The notes below the pieces were generated by a model. That model ran no database searches. It was not told where the DNA came from and saw only the letters and a list, made by a program, of their open reading frames with translations. A program made the translations under genes and the position numbers. A stretch of 64,000 nucleotides of DNA from Scyliorhinus canicula (Eukaryota), in the NCBI RefSeq assembly GCF_902713615.1, contig NC_052176.1, forward strand, positions 2,418,001 to 2,482,000, given 5' to 3'. Positions 11,453 through 23,773 of this stretch are shown here, piece after piece. The first letter of the stretch is position 1, and each line of letters opens with the position of its first letter.

Positions 11453-12897
11453 GTAACGCAGCCGTGGCTGGCGGGTTCATGAAATGTTTTCAAGGTAACG
11501 ATCGATAGTTTTTTTTTGTTCGAAGAATAAAGGGTTCGGACGGGAAAGTGGAGCCGAGTCCACAAAAGATCAGCCATGGTCTCATTGAATGGCGGAGCAG
11601 GCTCGAAGGGTGGCCTGCTCCTTGTTCTTGTGACCCCCCCCCCCCCCTATGGCGGGGTGTTCTCACTTGGGGGTGGCGATGTCTGTGGGTGTGGGGGGTG
11701 GGGCGCTCAAACCCGATTTGAGATCGGGGCACCCTTTCGAAACGGCGCCCCAATCTCTTGAGGAACCAGCCTCGCCGGCGGGGTCACCTCCCTGCTGCAG
11801 AACAAATTTCCAATTGTAGGCTAGACGGGAGGGGGGGGCAACTCCCCAAGACCCAAAATAAGCGACAAGTGTGGGTGAATCCAGCTCTGGAACTCGCCCA
11901 AAAAACCCAGTGGAAAACGCCCCGCCCAAAATGACACTGGGTGAATCTCGCCCATTATCTCTGTCTCTCCACGGATGGTGCCAGACCTGCTGAGCTGTTC
12001 CAGCATATCCTGTTTCTGTGCAAGACCCACCCTTTGCCTGCCTCAGTGCAGTAATTTGAAACCTCTGCGTAGTTTCCTGATCAGAAATGTGTGAAGGATA
12101 GGGTGGACAGACGGATTACACTTTTTGTCATGGGCGGCAGCGGTGGTTAGCACCCGCTGCCTCACACCGCCAGGGACCCGACGTCCGTCCCGGCCTCGGG
12201 TTGCTGTCTTGTGCGCGGAGTCTGCACCTCCTTCCCCCGTGCCTGCGTGGGTTTCCTCCGGGTGCTCCGGTTCCCTCCCACAGCCCAAAGAATGTGCCGG
12301 TCTATGCGGGGGTGGGGGGGGCGGGTGAGTGGGGCGGGTGAGTGGGCCTGCTCTTTCGGAGGGTCAGTGCAGAGGGGCCGAATGGCCTCCTCCTGCACTG
12401 GAGGGATTTTAATAAACGTTGAGACTTGGCATGTCCAGGGAGAGGTTACTGCTACCCGCCGCTGGTCTCAAAGTTGCCCCTTGATGTCAGTACTTCACAG
12501 CCAAATAGCCAGTGGGTTCAAAACTGAAATGTCATTCTCACCAACCCTGGCTGGAGAACTCAAGCTCTTGGCCGGTGGCAGCCGAGGGTGATTGCTTCGC
12601 TTTGGGGCTTTGCAATGTAGGCCCCCTGGACCAGCCGTAAACTACCGTCTTTAACCCCAGCAAAGTGTATGCCAGCCTGGCCTGGCAGCTCATCTTCCCG
12701 GACGGGAATCTGGATAGAACGACTCTGAATACATTACTTGACGTGTTTGTGGAGGGAAGCTGGGTAAACGAGGGCTGATGTGTCAACTAGGAGTGGCCTG
12801 TTCCTGTTCTTAATACGTTCTCTCTCTCGTGTGTGTGTGTGTGTGTGGAACTGAAATAATTTTGTTTATAATCTGACTTTTCCGCTGTTTTCCTCAG

Positions 12898-13044
12898 GGA
12901 ACATCGGTGTATCAGACCACAGCTGTGGGAGCGTTGGTAATCCTGCTGTATGCAAGCCGAGCCTGCTATAACCTCGTCGCTGTCATGCGTTTCCCGGACT
13001 CCCACGACAGCTTTGATTACGGCTGGTACAATGTCTCTGACCAG
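12898..13044 (+). CDS. GPR137: GPR137 coding exon ([26 protein letters not shown]...[11 protein letters not shown])
   Basis: tcctcag| acceptor and CAG|gtaacc donor; 147 nt. Contains the [11 protein letters not shown] and FDYxWYNVSDQ family motifs. Confidence 0.95.
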
Positions 13045-13374
13045 GTAACCGTGTGGGATCTGAACGTTTTACATTCCCTCCCGTTAACCGCGTGCCACTC
13101 GGCTGTCCACCTTCGTGTCCCAGCTGGTGGTTAAGGGGTTGAGTGGGGTTGAAACACCGGTCCTGAGTGGTGTCTTATTTGTTTGCAATAATGTGAGGGA
13201 CACTGTACAGCCCCGTGATGAACCAGCCCTGTCGCTGCGTGAGCAGTTGATACAGAAAAAGGAACAAGAGAAGAAACAGATCGCACAGAAAAGACTACCA
13301 TGCAGTGTGACGCTTCAGTATATATTTTATTCAGAAATTTTTCAATTTGTAACATGCAAAAAGCTCAAGCAGAT

Positions 13375-13695
13375 AGAACATGCAGTGCAGAAGGCGGCCA
13401 TTCGGCCCATCGAGTCTGCACCGGCCCACTTAAGCCCTCACTTCCACCCTATCCCCCATAACCCAATAATGCCTCCTAACCTTTTTGGTCACTAAGGGCA
13501 ATTTATCACGGCCAATCCACCTAACCCGCACGTCTTTGGGCTGCGGGAGGAAACCGGAGCGCCCGGAGGAAACCCACGCAGACACGGGGAGAACGTGCAG
13601 ACTCCGCACAGACAGTGACCCAAGCCGGGAATCGAACGTGGGACCCTGGCGCTATGAAGCAACAGTGCTAACCACTTGTGTTACCGTGCTGCCCC
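13375..13695 (-). mobile_element. HE1/V-SINE-type SINE
   Basis: Reverse complement of the 483-845 family. Confidence 0.85.
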
Positions 13696-15053
13696 AGATT
13701 GAGACTATTTTTATAAAACTACCTCACAACCCAGCCCCATCGTTCCCATATTTATTCAAACGCCCCCCCCCCCATTTGCTGACGACATCAGATCCTTAAC
13801 GAAGATAATTAACGGCATCCAGTTCCAGTAGAACCCCCTCCTGCGATCCGAATTTCAATTTGAAACATGCAAAAAAACTCAAACAGAGAACATATAGTGC
13901 AGAAGGAGGCCATTCGGCCCACCGGCGCCCTTACTTCTTCTTTCAAATGCAGGAGTCCCGACAAATCCCTCCAGCCTCAGGCAGCACCCCCCACTCCCAG
14001 TCCGTGCAACAACCGGCTCCGGGTTATCAGAGAAGCCAGGCAACTCTCCAACTCCACCACTTTTCCATTGGCATAAAGGGACGAAAAAGCCCGAATCCCC
14101 AAGCAGGAGCCGCCTCATGTGCGATCGTTCACATCATGGCCGCTACGGGAAGTCACCGTTCAGTCCATTAATAACCGAACACCGTTTTATCCGCTGTTAC
14201 CTCTTGTTCCCAAAATATACCCCTGAACCCGGAGACCCCGCCCTTTCCCCAAGCAACATCCAATTTTAGTAACGCTATAGGTCAAATCCAGTTAATAGTT
14301 ACCACACAATACCGCTTGGGTGATCAATTCCGGGAAACGTCCCTTCCAGGTTCAGCGAAGGCACAAAGCTGCGTCTTTCGGAGGAAAATCTAAAATCTGC
14401 CATGGACTCTTAACTGTTAGGTGGAACAGGCCTCCTTAGCTCTGATCATATGTGGAACTCGCCTGTCTGACTATTGGATGGAGAGCTCGCCTCCTTCCCC
14501 AATGTGGGTGCTGGCAGTTATGCTTGTTCAGTCTCTTCATTATCCCTCCCTGTGGATTCGGCTGCCTGCCGCTCTCAAATTCTTCGCTGTTAGAAGTCAT
14601 CATTTGCATAGCCCCACCGATCTCTGGTGAACAACGTTTCGGATATGGCCATTCGCACCTCAGTGACTCTATAGACGCCTGCTGAACTTGTCGTTGGGCA
14701 AACCGCGCCTCGTCATTCCCCTAGGCGCCTGCTAGTCTTGTTACTTGTCCGTCGTTTTGTTCACTGCTAACCGCGTCAATTTCCCAAGTTCCTGACGGTG
14801 AGGCTTGAACCCGCAGCCCCGTGACTCTTTGGGTGGGGGGGGGGGGGAATGCGGACAAGTTATTGTTTTCAGGAGATGGGAGAAAATGATCAGTGTTCCG
14901 TTTGAGGCGATGTGCAACACTGTTGGAGTGCCACATTCCTCCACAGATCCTATCACTCTTTGGGGCTCGCTGCCAATGCGTGTTTCTGTGTGCGGGGGCG
15001 GATGTTTTCCTCGGAAAAATAAAACTTTTTTTTTGTTTCCGTTTCTGAAACAG

Positions 15054-15182
15054 GCTGACCTGATGTCGAATCTCGGGGACAAAGGTTACCTTGTGTTTGG
15101 TTTCATCCTCTTCTTCTGGGAGCTGCTGCCGACGACGCTGCTGGTGTTGTTTTTCCGAGTTCGGAGGCCAGCTCAGGACCTG
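15054..15182 (+). CDS. GPR137: GPR137 coding exon ([43 protein letters not shown])
   Basis: aaacag| acceptor and CTG|gtgagc donor; 129 nt. Contains the WELLPTTL motif. Confidence 0.95.
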
Positions 15183-15584
15183 GTGAGCCGAGTGGAAAGT
15201 CTTCTTCTCCTCCTCCTCCCCCCCTTCCTCCCGTGGTGACCTGCGCTCCCGAGGGAGTTCCAAAGTGAGCTGCAGCCGGTCGTCCGCCAACTTTAATTTG
15301 ACCCCGCCGCCCGCCCGCCGCCTGTCCACAGGGCTGGTACAGAGGAAGAGCTGAACTCACCCCCGCCCGTCCCGGAGGAAGCCCGCCGTGGCTTCACGTT
15401 TGCAGAAATAGGCCACTCGGCCCGGCAGCTCCATGCTGGGGATTGATGCTCCTCCAGCGCTCACTTACTTCACCTGCCGCCCCCCCCCCCCTCCTCTCTC
15501 TCTCTCTCTCTCCTCCCCCCCCCCCCCCCCCCCCCCCCGTCTGCATTTCCCGCCATTCCTTTCTCCTCCCGACCTGCCAACCTC

Positions 15585-15790
15585 GGCTGGTTTAGCTCGG
15601 TGGGCTAGACCGCTGGTTTGCGATGCCGAACGAGGCCAGCAGCGCGGGTTCAATTCCCGCACCAGAATTCTGAATTCTCCCTCCGCGTACCCGAACAGGC
15701 GTCGGAATGTGGCGACTAGCGGCTTTTCACAGTAACTTCGCTGCAGTGTTAACGTCAGCCTACTTGTGACAATGAAGGATATTTATTTAT
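15585..15790 (+). mobile_element. tRNA-derived SINE with a different head and the ...CTTGTGACAAT(A)AAG tail
   Basis: Head GCTGGTTTAGCTCGGTGGGCTAGAC...GGTTCAATTCC fused to the tail seen at 25380-25510. Confidence 0.7.
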
Positions 15791-16074
15791 TTACCTTCAT
15801 CCCCGCCCCGCGCGCGCGCGCACTGCACCCCTGGTCACCTATTTGCACTCATCGTATCTTCGAGCCCTTTGTGCTTTTTATGGATGGGTAAACGGGTTGG
15901 CAGCCACTCTGTGCACAGCAACGGGAAATAGCTGAGTCACCGGGTTTCAGCTGACCTGTGGCATCGCTTTTGGGCCAAGGGGTTTGTTTTATTATTTCAA
16001 TAGGAAGTGGGGCGTCCCTGGGCAAGGCCAACATTTATTGCGCATCCCTAATTGCCCTTGAACTGAGTGACTAA

Positions 16075-16450
16075 TAGAGTCATAGATGTTTACAGCGTGG
16101 AAACAGGCCCTTCGGCCCAGCTGGTCCATGCCGCCCCGTTTCTACTGTATCACTAAGTTAGTCCCACTTGCCCGCATTTGGCCCATATCCCTCTATACCC
16201 ACCCTGCCCATGTAACTGCTTTTTAAAAGACAAAACCATACCCGCCTCTACCACTGCCTCTGGCAGCCCGTTCCAGACCCTCACCACCCTCTGTGTGAAC
16301 AAATTTCCCCTCTGGTCTCTTTTGTATCTCTCCCCTCTCACCTTTAACCTATGCCCTCTAGTTTTAGACTCCCCTCCCTTTGGGAAAATATGTTGACTAT
16401 CGACCTCATCTATGCCTCTCATTATTTTTTTATAAGAGGTCTATAAGACT
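16075..16450 (-). mobile_element. CR1 LINE 3' end
   Basis: ORF 16153-16422 contains ESKTRGHRLKVRG...FTQRVVRVWNGLP. Confidence 0.9.
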
Positions 16451-16692
16451 TGCCACACAGTCAAGGAGTCGACCACATTGCCGTGGGTCTGGAGTCCCAT
16501 GTAGGCCAGATAGGGTAAGCAGGGCAGATTTCCCTTCGCCAAAGTGTAGCCGATGTTTGTTTTTTACGACAATCGATCGTTGTCAGGGTAGACGTTACTG
16601 AGCTTTATAATTCCTGATTTTATTAATTGAATTTAAATTCTACCAGCTGCCATGGTGGGGTTCGAACCCATGCCCCAAACCCTCCCTGCAGG

Positions 16693-16990
16693 GCAGAAGG
16701 AGGCCATTCGGCCCATCGAGTCTGCACCGACCCACTTAAGCCCTCACTTCCACCCTATCCCCGTAACTCAATAACCCCTCCAAATCTTCTTGGTCGCTAA
16801 GGGCAATTTATCACGGCCAACCCACCAAACAAGCACATCTTTCAGGACTTGTGGGAGGAAACTGGAGCGCCCGGAGGAAGCCCACGCAAACACGGGGAGA
16901 ACGTGCGGACTCCACACAGACAGTGACCCAAGCCGGGAATCGAACCTGGGACCCCGGCGCTGTGAAGCCACTTGTGCTACCGTGCTGCTT
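16693..16990 (-). mobile_element. HE1/V-SINE-type SINE
   Basis: Same core as other copies. Confidence 0.8.
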
Positions 16991-17675
16991 AAACACGGGC
17001 CTGTGCCTCTGGATTACTAGCCCGCTGACATTACCATTACGTCGCCGTCGCCCCCTTTTTTCCTTGCAGTAGCGCCGTAGCGATCTGAGTTATTAGCTTG
17101 TTGTGTGCGGCACGATTATCAGAACTAAAAACGGAGGAGAGCAAGGCGGCAGAAACGCCGCTGCGCCTTTGCCGTGCACCGTTCGTATATCAGGGTGCAT
17201 TTTCCGTGCGGCGTTGAGCTTGTTCCTGTAACGACGCAGGTGCACTGGGAGAATTCGGCGCTCCTGTTGGAATCTTTACCATCCGCTTGAACCGAGCGAC
17301 CAATCCTCTGTTCGTTCGGAGGGATTTTAAAATGGCAATCTGCAGTGACACACCTGGGAAATGTAAGTAGGCGTGCAAGGAGCTGATCCACCTGAGCTGG
17401 GCTCTGCGCGCTGGGCAGCGTTTCCCATCCCAATGGTGTGAGCAACGGCAGGAGAGCTGGGCAGCAGGTAGAGTAGCTGGACAGTGCAGTCTGAGCGGAA
17501 ACGGTGCAGGGGAGGTTGACTCGAACGTGATGGCGGCGGCCCAGGGGAGAGAGAGCCACCGACGACCCTTGAGCGTTATAACGACTGTTGAATTGATTGG
17601 AAATTTGAGCTGTGTGGGGATTGCGCCTGGGCATAATTGTTGTGGGCTCTGATACGTTTTGCTATTTTCCCGCAG

Positions 17676-17797
17676 GCCGGAACCGCTATAATTAATGGCC
17701 AGAGCTTTGCTTCCCGCTCGTACTTCTTTGACAACCCCCGTCAGTTTGAAGGTGATGACTCTGCGTGGGCTGTGGGATCACAAAGTGAACACGGCAG
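17676..17797 (+). CDS. GPR137: GPR137 coding exon (AGTAIINGQSFASRSYFFDNPRQFEGDDSAW...)
   Basis: cccgcag| acceptor and CAG|gtatac donor; 122 nt. Contains the NGQxFASRSYFFD motif. Confidence 0.93.
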
Positions 17798-18214
17798 GTA
17801 TACGCTCATCTCTTTGTATTCATTCCTCCTGCTTTTTAGTTTTGTGAAAGGGAAATTCATTCGAGTCCTTTGAGGTTGAACCAAACAGGGTGGATAAAGG
17901 GGACCCAGTCGATGTGGTGTAATTGGATTTCCAAAAGACATTTGGAAAGGTGTTGCTTCATATTCTTTCGTGGGACGTGGGCGTCGCTGGCCGGCCCCAG
18001 CATTTATTGCCCATCCCGAATTGCCCTTCAGAAGGTGGTGGTGAGCCCCCGCCTTGAACCGCTGCAGCCCGGGTAGTGTAGGTACACCCACATTGCTGTT
18101 AGGGAGGGAATTCCAGGATTTGGAAAGTGTCACATAATTTACTGCAGAAGATAGAGTTGGGGGTGATCATGGATTGGCTAATTGACAGGAAACCGAGAGT
18201 GGGGAGAAATGGGT

Positions 18215-18772
18215 CATAGAACAGTACAGCACAGTACAGGCCCTTCAGCCCACGATGTTGTGCCGACCATTTATCCTAATCTAAGATCAACCTAACCTAC
18301 ACCCCTTCAATTTACTGCTGTCCATGGGCCTGTTTAAGAGTCGCTTAATGTCCCTAATGACTCTGACTCCACCACCTCTGCTGGCAGTGCATTCCACACA
18401 CCCACCACTCTCTGTGTAAAGAATCTACCTCTGACATCTCCCCTATACCTTCCTCCAATCACCTTGAAATTTTATCCCCTCGTGACAGCCATTTCCACCC
18501 TGGGGAAAAGTCTCTGGCTATCCTCTCTATCCATGCCTCTCATCACCTTGTACACCTCTATCGAGTCACCTCTCTGCCTCCTTTGCTCCAGTGAGAAAAG
18601 CCCCAGCTCCCTCAACCTTTCTTCATAAGACATGCCCTCCAGTCCAGGCAGCATCCTGGTAAATCTCCTCTGCACCCTCTCCAAAGCCTCCACATCCTTC
18701 CTATAATGAGGCGACCAGAACTGGACACAATATTCCAAGTGTTGAGGTCTAACCAGGGTTTTATAGAGCTGC
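18215..18772 (-). mobile_element. CR1 LINE 3' fragment
   Basis: LYKTLVRP(Q)HLEYCVQFWSPHYRKDVEALERVQRRFTRMLPGL and a CR1-type tail. Confidence 0.9.
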
Positions 18773-18809
18773 AGATGTGCGGCGACCGCCCTTACAGGAA
18801 ATCCCCCGC

Positions 18810-19120
18810 ACCATGGTGCAGTGGAATGGCACAGGGTCCGTGTCCCCCCCCACCATCGCGCAGTGGAACGGCACAGGGTCCCCCCCCCCCCCCCCCACCA
18901 TCGCGCAGTGGAACGGCACAGGCCCCCCCCCCACCATTGCACAGTGGAATGGCACAGGGTTCCCCCACCCACCATCGCGCAGTGGAACGGCACAGGGTTC
19001 TCCCCCCCCCACCATCGCGCAGTGGAACGGCACAGGCCCCCCCCTCCCCCCCCCACCATGGTGCAGTGGAACGGCACAGGCCCCCCCCCCCCACCATCGC
19101 GCAGTGGAATGGCACAGGGT
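18810..19120. repeat. Minisatellite ACCATCGCGCAGTGGAACGGCACAGG with variable poly-C spacers (~8 units)
   Basis: Directly visible tandem units. Confidence 0.9.
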
Positions 19121-19513
19121 GGAAGTCTTTATGCTCTCTTTTTTAGCAAAAATCGAATAAACAAAAACGAACCGCCCCTTTAAAGTGCAGCTTTTTCATA
19201 TTATTTTATTCTCGTCAAACAAAAATCAATAAATTAAGCGAAAGTGACCGGGGGTGACGGCCCCTAACGGGGGCGCCGTAACTACAACAAAACATCAAAG
19301 GAATCTTGGCGGACTAAAAACCAAAATATCAGTTCCAGGGGTGATGATGCCACCCCCGCGACGCCCACCTGTCACCGAAGGCCTGGCGTTTGTTTCCCTT
19401 GTACGTGTTCGAGGTATTTAATTGGCCGGTGCCCTCCGCGTGTGTTATCTTTAACCCTGACGGTACGGTGGCAGCAGCGTCAAAACCCACTCTCTCCCTC
19501 TTCCCTTCTCCAG

Positions 19514-19685
19514 TTTGTCCGGCAGCCTCCAGCGGAACGGCTGGTACGGCACCGAGAGGAGCAACGCTGAGCCGACCTGGTACGAGGGTGTATCCCAAGC
19601 AGCCACCGCGCCGTTACTCTTTGCCCGGGACCACGTGCAAGGCACCAACTATTATCACACCTTCTACTCCACTCCGCAGACGTAG
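19514..19685 (+). CDS. GPR137: GPR137 last coding exon (SLSGSLQRNGWYGTERSNAEPTWYEGVSQAATAPLLFARDHVQGTNYYHTFYSTPQT*)
   Basis: Polypyrimidine tract plus ctccag| acceptor; phase 2 matches the previous exon. The WYG...TxPLLF...YSTPQT C-terminus is GPR137-type. Stop TAG at 19683-19685. Not in the supplied ORF track. Confidence 0.9.
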
Positions 19686-20829
19686 AGTTTCGTGGCATTC
19701 CATTGGGACACTCCATGGCCCCCCCCCCCCCTGATTCGACGAGCAGCTTGTTTTATTTATTACTATTGTGAACGAATCGTCTTTCGGAGGGAACGGGGAC
19801 AGCTGATTGAATCTTAAGCTAATTAGCCAAACATGTATGTTGTTTTTTTACCGTGTTTTTAAGCTGACCTCCCAAGAGCCAGGCATCACACCGAGCGCCC
19901 TCAACCCCTGGGTGCCCCTGTTCGAAAATACCTTTGTGGAAAGTTGCCGATGGATAGAGGCTGCCGTTGCCAAAGGAAGGACTGAGCTGGTGGACGCTGC
20001 CGCAGAGCCGGTTTTCCGCCTGTCCGGCATCCTCGGGTCAGCCAAGTTCTCCCCGCCTATTTGTCTCGAGCTTCCAGCCGGCGTCGTGGGCTGGTGGCTC
20101 CCCCTGCGCCCGAGTCAACGGGCTGCGTACGGGAGGTTACAGGTGAATGTGGACGCGGCCACAGCGGCCCCTTCCCTCCCCGGCGTGCAGCGCGACACCC
20201 GTCCCCGTCGAAGTCGGCGGAGCCAATTGCCGTGGGGGGGGGGGGGGGGGGGGGGGGCGCCGGCAGAGGCGGTTTCGCGTCCCTGCTCGTGGTGTCCCGA
20301 TTTCACACCCCAGGCGGCGAGAGATTGCCCCCCCCCCCCCCTGCAGCTCACCTCGGAGTCGATCGTGAACCCGCGGGCAGAATATCGCAACGCCTCAGTT
20401 CAATTAGGTTAACTTCACAACGAGTTAAACCATTTTACCTGTGGGTTTTGGTGAAGGGTTGATCGAAAAGAGATTAAAACTACCCGGGACCAAAATGTAC
20501 CTAACTTGCTGGACCTTGTGTCTAAATTACAGGGAAATTAGAGTCTGGGGTGGGGGTGCGGGGGGGTAAAGGGATGGAGGTAAGTGGGGTTAACCACCGG
20601 TAAGATGCGCTCAGCCCATATTGATCTTGCAAGGTATGATACTTCAAGGAGCAATGTTGGGATCGGCTATCCAGAGACGCGCCGGTTTAAGGGGCTGTTG
20701 AAATTTGAGCTTAGTTGTAGGATTGGTGCTGATTGTGGAGGGAATTCTGGCCAAAGCTGATCCCACCCTCTTGTTTCCCATGCGGCGGAATATTCTTTGT
20801 AGCCTGGACCACCGGATCGGAAGAAGATG

Positions 20830-21060
20830 CTGGTGGCGCAGTGGGTTAGCCCTGCTGCCTCACGGCGCCGAGGTCCCAGGTTCCATCCCGGCCCCGGGTC
20901 ACTGTCCGTGTGGAGTTTGCACATTCTCCCCCCCTCCCCCCCCGTGTCTGCGTGGGTTTCACCCCCACACAACCCAGGGTAGGTGGATTGGCCACGCTAA
21001 ATTGCCCCCTTAATTGGAAAAAATGAATTGGGTACTCTAAATTTATTTAAAAAAAAGAAA
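20830..21060 (+). mobile_element. Short-tail SINE inside the GPR137 3'UTR
   Basis: tRNA head plus core; tail AATTGGGTACTCTAAATTT followed by an A-run. Confidence 0.8.
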
Positions 21061-21711
21061 GATGCCAGGACCTTGTGGGCCCTGTGTTTACCTCACCCCT
21101 ACCCCGGGGTCGGTGAGAGCAACGGCAACGTCCCTTTCCGCTGCCCCCAGCGTAAACCTGCTAACTCCACGTGGATCAGGACCCTGCCCTGGGTGCCTCA
21201 CCGCCACCCTGGCTGGCCTAGGTGCTCACTAAGCCAGCAGATGTCTCAGCCACGTGATTTTTTTCTTTTTCCTGAATAGCTCAGAGCCGCTTCATGTCAA
21301 GTTGCATATCCGACGGACGCACGCGTCGGATACAACCAAACAATAAGGATTTGATAAACGTACCCAGGTACCTTGAAAGGTGATGACACTGTGGATGAGC
21401 CCCTCCCCACCCCCCGAAATACCACATGGATATATTTTCAAAGTCTTCTCATTTCTTACGGGGCAGCGTTGGCAGCTTCAGTTGAAGCCTGACCAAATCT
21501 GTATGAAGTTTGCACTGTTTTTTTTTTTTTTTATTCCTCCCTCCATACAGTGGCATTTACACTCGCGTCTCCCCCTCCCAAGCTTCAACTTCAAACCCGC
21601 CGCGCTAGAATCGCGAAGGAATACTCCCCTATTTATATCGAATGTTCTTTTTCTGCCGAAACCATTGTTCCGTCTCTCCAATTCCCTCACTGACAAGCGT
21701 AGGCAGTCGGT

Positions 21712-21757
<46 letters not shown>

Positions 21758-22243
21758 CCCCCCCGCCACCCCGGCACAGATGGTGAACTGCCCGTTACCG
21801 TTCCCTACACCGTCTGCTGCGCCTTCGCCTGCCCTGGGGTCTGACCAAGGCGACCGGAGCTGGAGTTCGTTTTGCCGCCCGGACGCGAGAGGAATGAAGA
21901 TGGATTAACCTTACTAACTTTTATATTTTAGGTTTTACTACTCACTTTCCCGCCGTAGTTTTTATATCTGTAGCCCTGTAGCAGCACAGCTGACATGAGG
22001 AACTCTGTCTCTCGGTGGAGACAGCAGATGACAATAATGACCGAGCACTTGTGACCTAGTTGCCTGTGGCACAGTGGGTTGGAGTAAAGCACTGATAGCA
22101 CTGTGTTCCCATATTTAATATATCTGACTATGCGTAACGCAACCTTTTTTTTTTTTGATGAGCGTCTTATACCGCCTGACAGAGCACAGTTTTCTTTCTG
22201 AATTTGTAATGGTTACTGTACTATAACTCCTGGAAGGTATTTT

Positions 22244-22360
22244 AATAAAGATTTCTTCTACCAACTTCCTGCGAGGACCGATCATTTCACCGACGCGAGT
22301 GAATCCCTGCAAACCAAACTGTTGCCTTTTTTGCCAGCTACAAATATGGCAATCAATAAA
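22244..22360 (+). terminator. Candidate polyadenylation signals of GPR137 (AATAAA at 22244 and 22355)
   Basis: Two AATAAA hexamers at the end of an AU-rich 3'UTR-like stretch, each followed by U-rich sequence. Confidence 0.5.
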
Positions 22361-22394
22361 GTTGCCCTTCTTTCTTTGGAGATCGATATTATAT

Positions 22395-23177
22395 TGCTTT
22401 CGGAGTCGGCAGGTATCAAATGATACCGCCACACGGTTTAACCGGATATCGATCAAAGAGCCAAACAACCAGTTGGTTAGTTCCAGATCAACTTACACAT
22501 GCAACATAAACCCTACTAGTTAAAGTACACCTAACAACTATAACAACCTGTACTTAACTTCAGGCACCCGGCTTAGGTCAGAGGAACAGTGGCTGCTGTT
22601 CAATTCTGTGTCTATCGAGTCTGGAGAAGTAACGGCTGCTCAGCTGGGTTCATCCATCTGGTAGCGAGCGTTGAACTTGGACTCGCTTCTGGTGGGGCTG
22701 CGATTGGAGATGGACTTTGCCGAAGCGCCAGGTCCAAGAGAGATCGAACACATGTCAGTTTCTCTCTTTATCCTCGGGGGAGTTTCGCGCTCTTTTGGGC
22801 GGTCCTTCGGTTTGGACCCCATTAATTGGGCAGTTCTCGATCACTGCCTTCGATCTGAGCCAATAAAGGGGCGGGTGCCTTGATGGCTGGGCGAGTCCTA
22901 AGCTGTCATCGACCGTGTTGTTTAGGCTTCCTGAGTAATGGGAGTGGCGCTGAAATGTCTGGATTTGTATCGGTTACCTGTGTATCAATCCTTTATCTTA
23001 CGGAGATGGGCCATTAAAATGCTAACCAGTTGGGGGTTTCGATGCTGTCTGGATTCTCTGCTCACAAATATACATTCAGGCTCTGTGCCTGCCTGAACCT
23101 TACATTGTCCACATTTCCCTTTAGGCTTTGCGAACATCCATGTTTCTTGTTATCAGTGGCCATCCCAGATGGCTACA
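22395..23177 (-). mobile_element. Solo LTR (ERV/Gypsy-like)
   Basis: Minus strand starts TGTAGCCATCTGGGATGGCC and ends ...AAAGCA. No clean TSD seen. Confidence 0.55.
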
Positions 23178-23773
23178 AAGCCATTTAAATCACTCGAACC
23201 CGCCTCTTTGCTTCGAGCGCAGCGTGCCCGCTTACCTAGACGTCATGGCAGACTCTTCCCGCCTCCCCTCTTTCGTTGCCAGTCGCTGGTAAATAGCCGA
23301 CGCTCTCCTCTGTGAAAATGCATCCTCCCCGGGTCCCTGCCGTGTCAGAAGCTAAAGGTGGCTTGCAAATTCTCCCCGTGTCTGCGTGGGTTTCACCCCC
23401 ACACAACCCAAGAGGGTAGGTAGATTGGCCACGCTAAATTGCCCCTTCATTGGAAAAAAAATTGGGTACTCTAAATTTTTTTTTTTAAAAGGACATTAGA
23501 TTTAGTTTGATAAACAATGTTATTTATTACTAACGCTACACTTAACGAATAACTAAGATCACTACAGTTGGAAATAAATGTCTAACACTAACTTACTTCA
23601 GAGTTACTCTTAATGTGCAACTGCGATCAACTCCTTACTAACACCTTGTCCCGGAACACACGGTCTGTCCGGGTCGCGTGCCTGCACGCTTTCGCCACCT
23701 GGTAGTCGGATGCTGGAACAACAAGTTATACGTTTACTATTATCTACATACAGGTGACAATCTACTTATTACA

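Noticed and set aside
18810-19120. Repeat-spacer pattern resembling a CRISPR array
   Set aside because: Spacers are just poly-C, the context is a vertebrate intron, and there are no cas genes.
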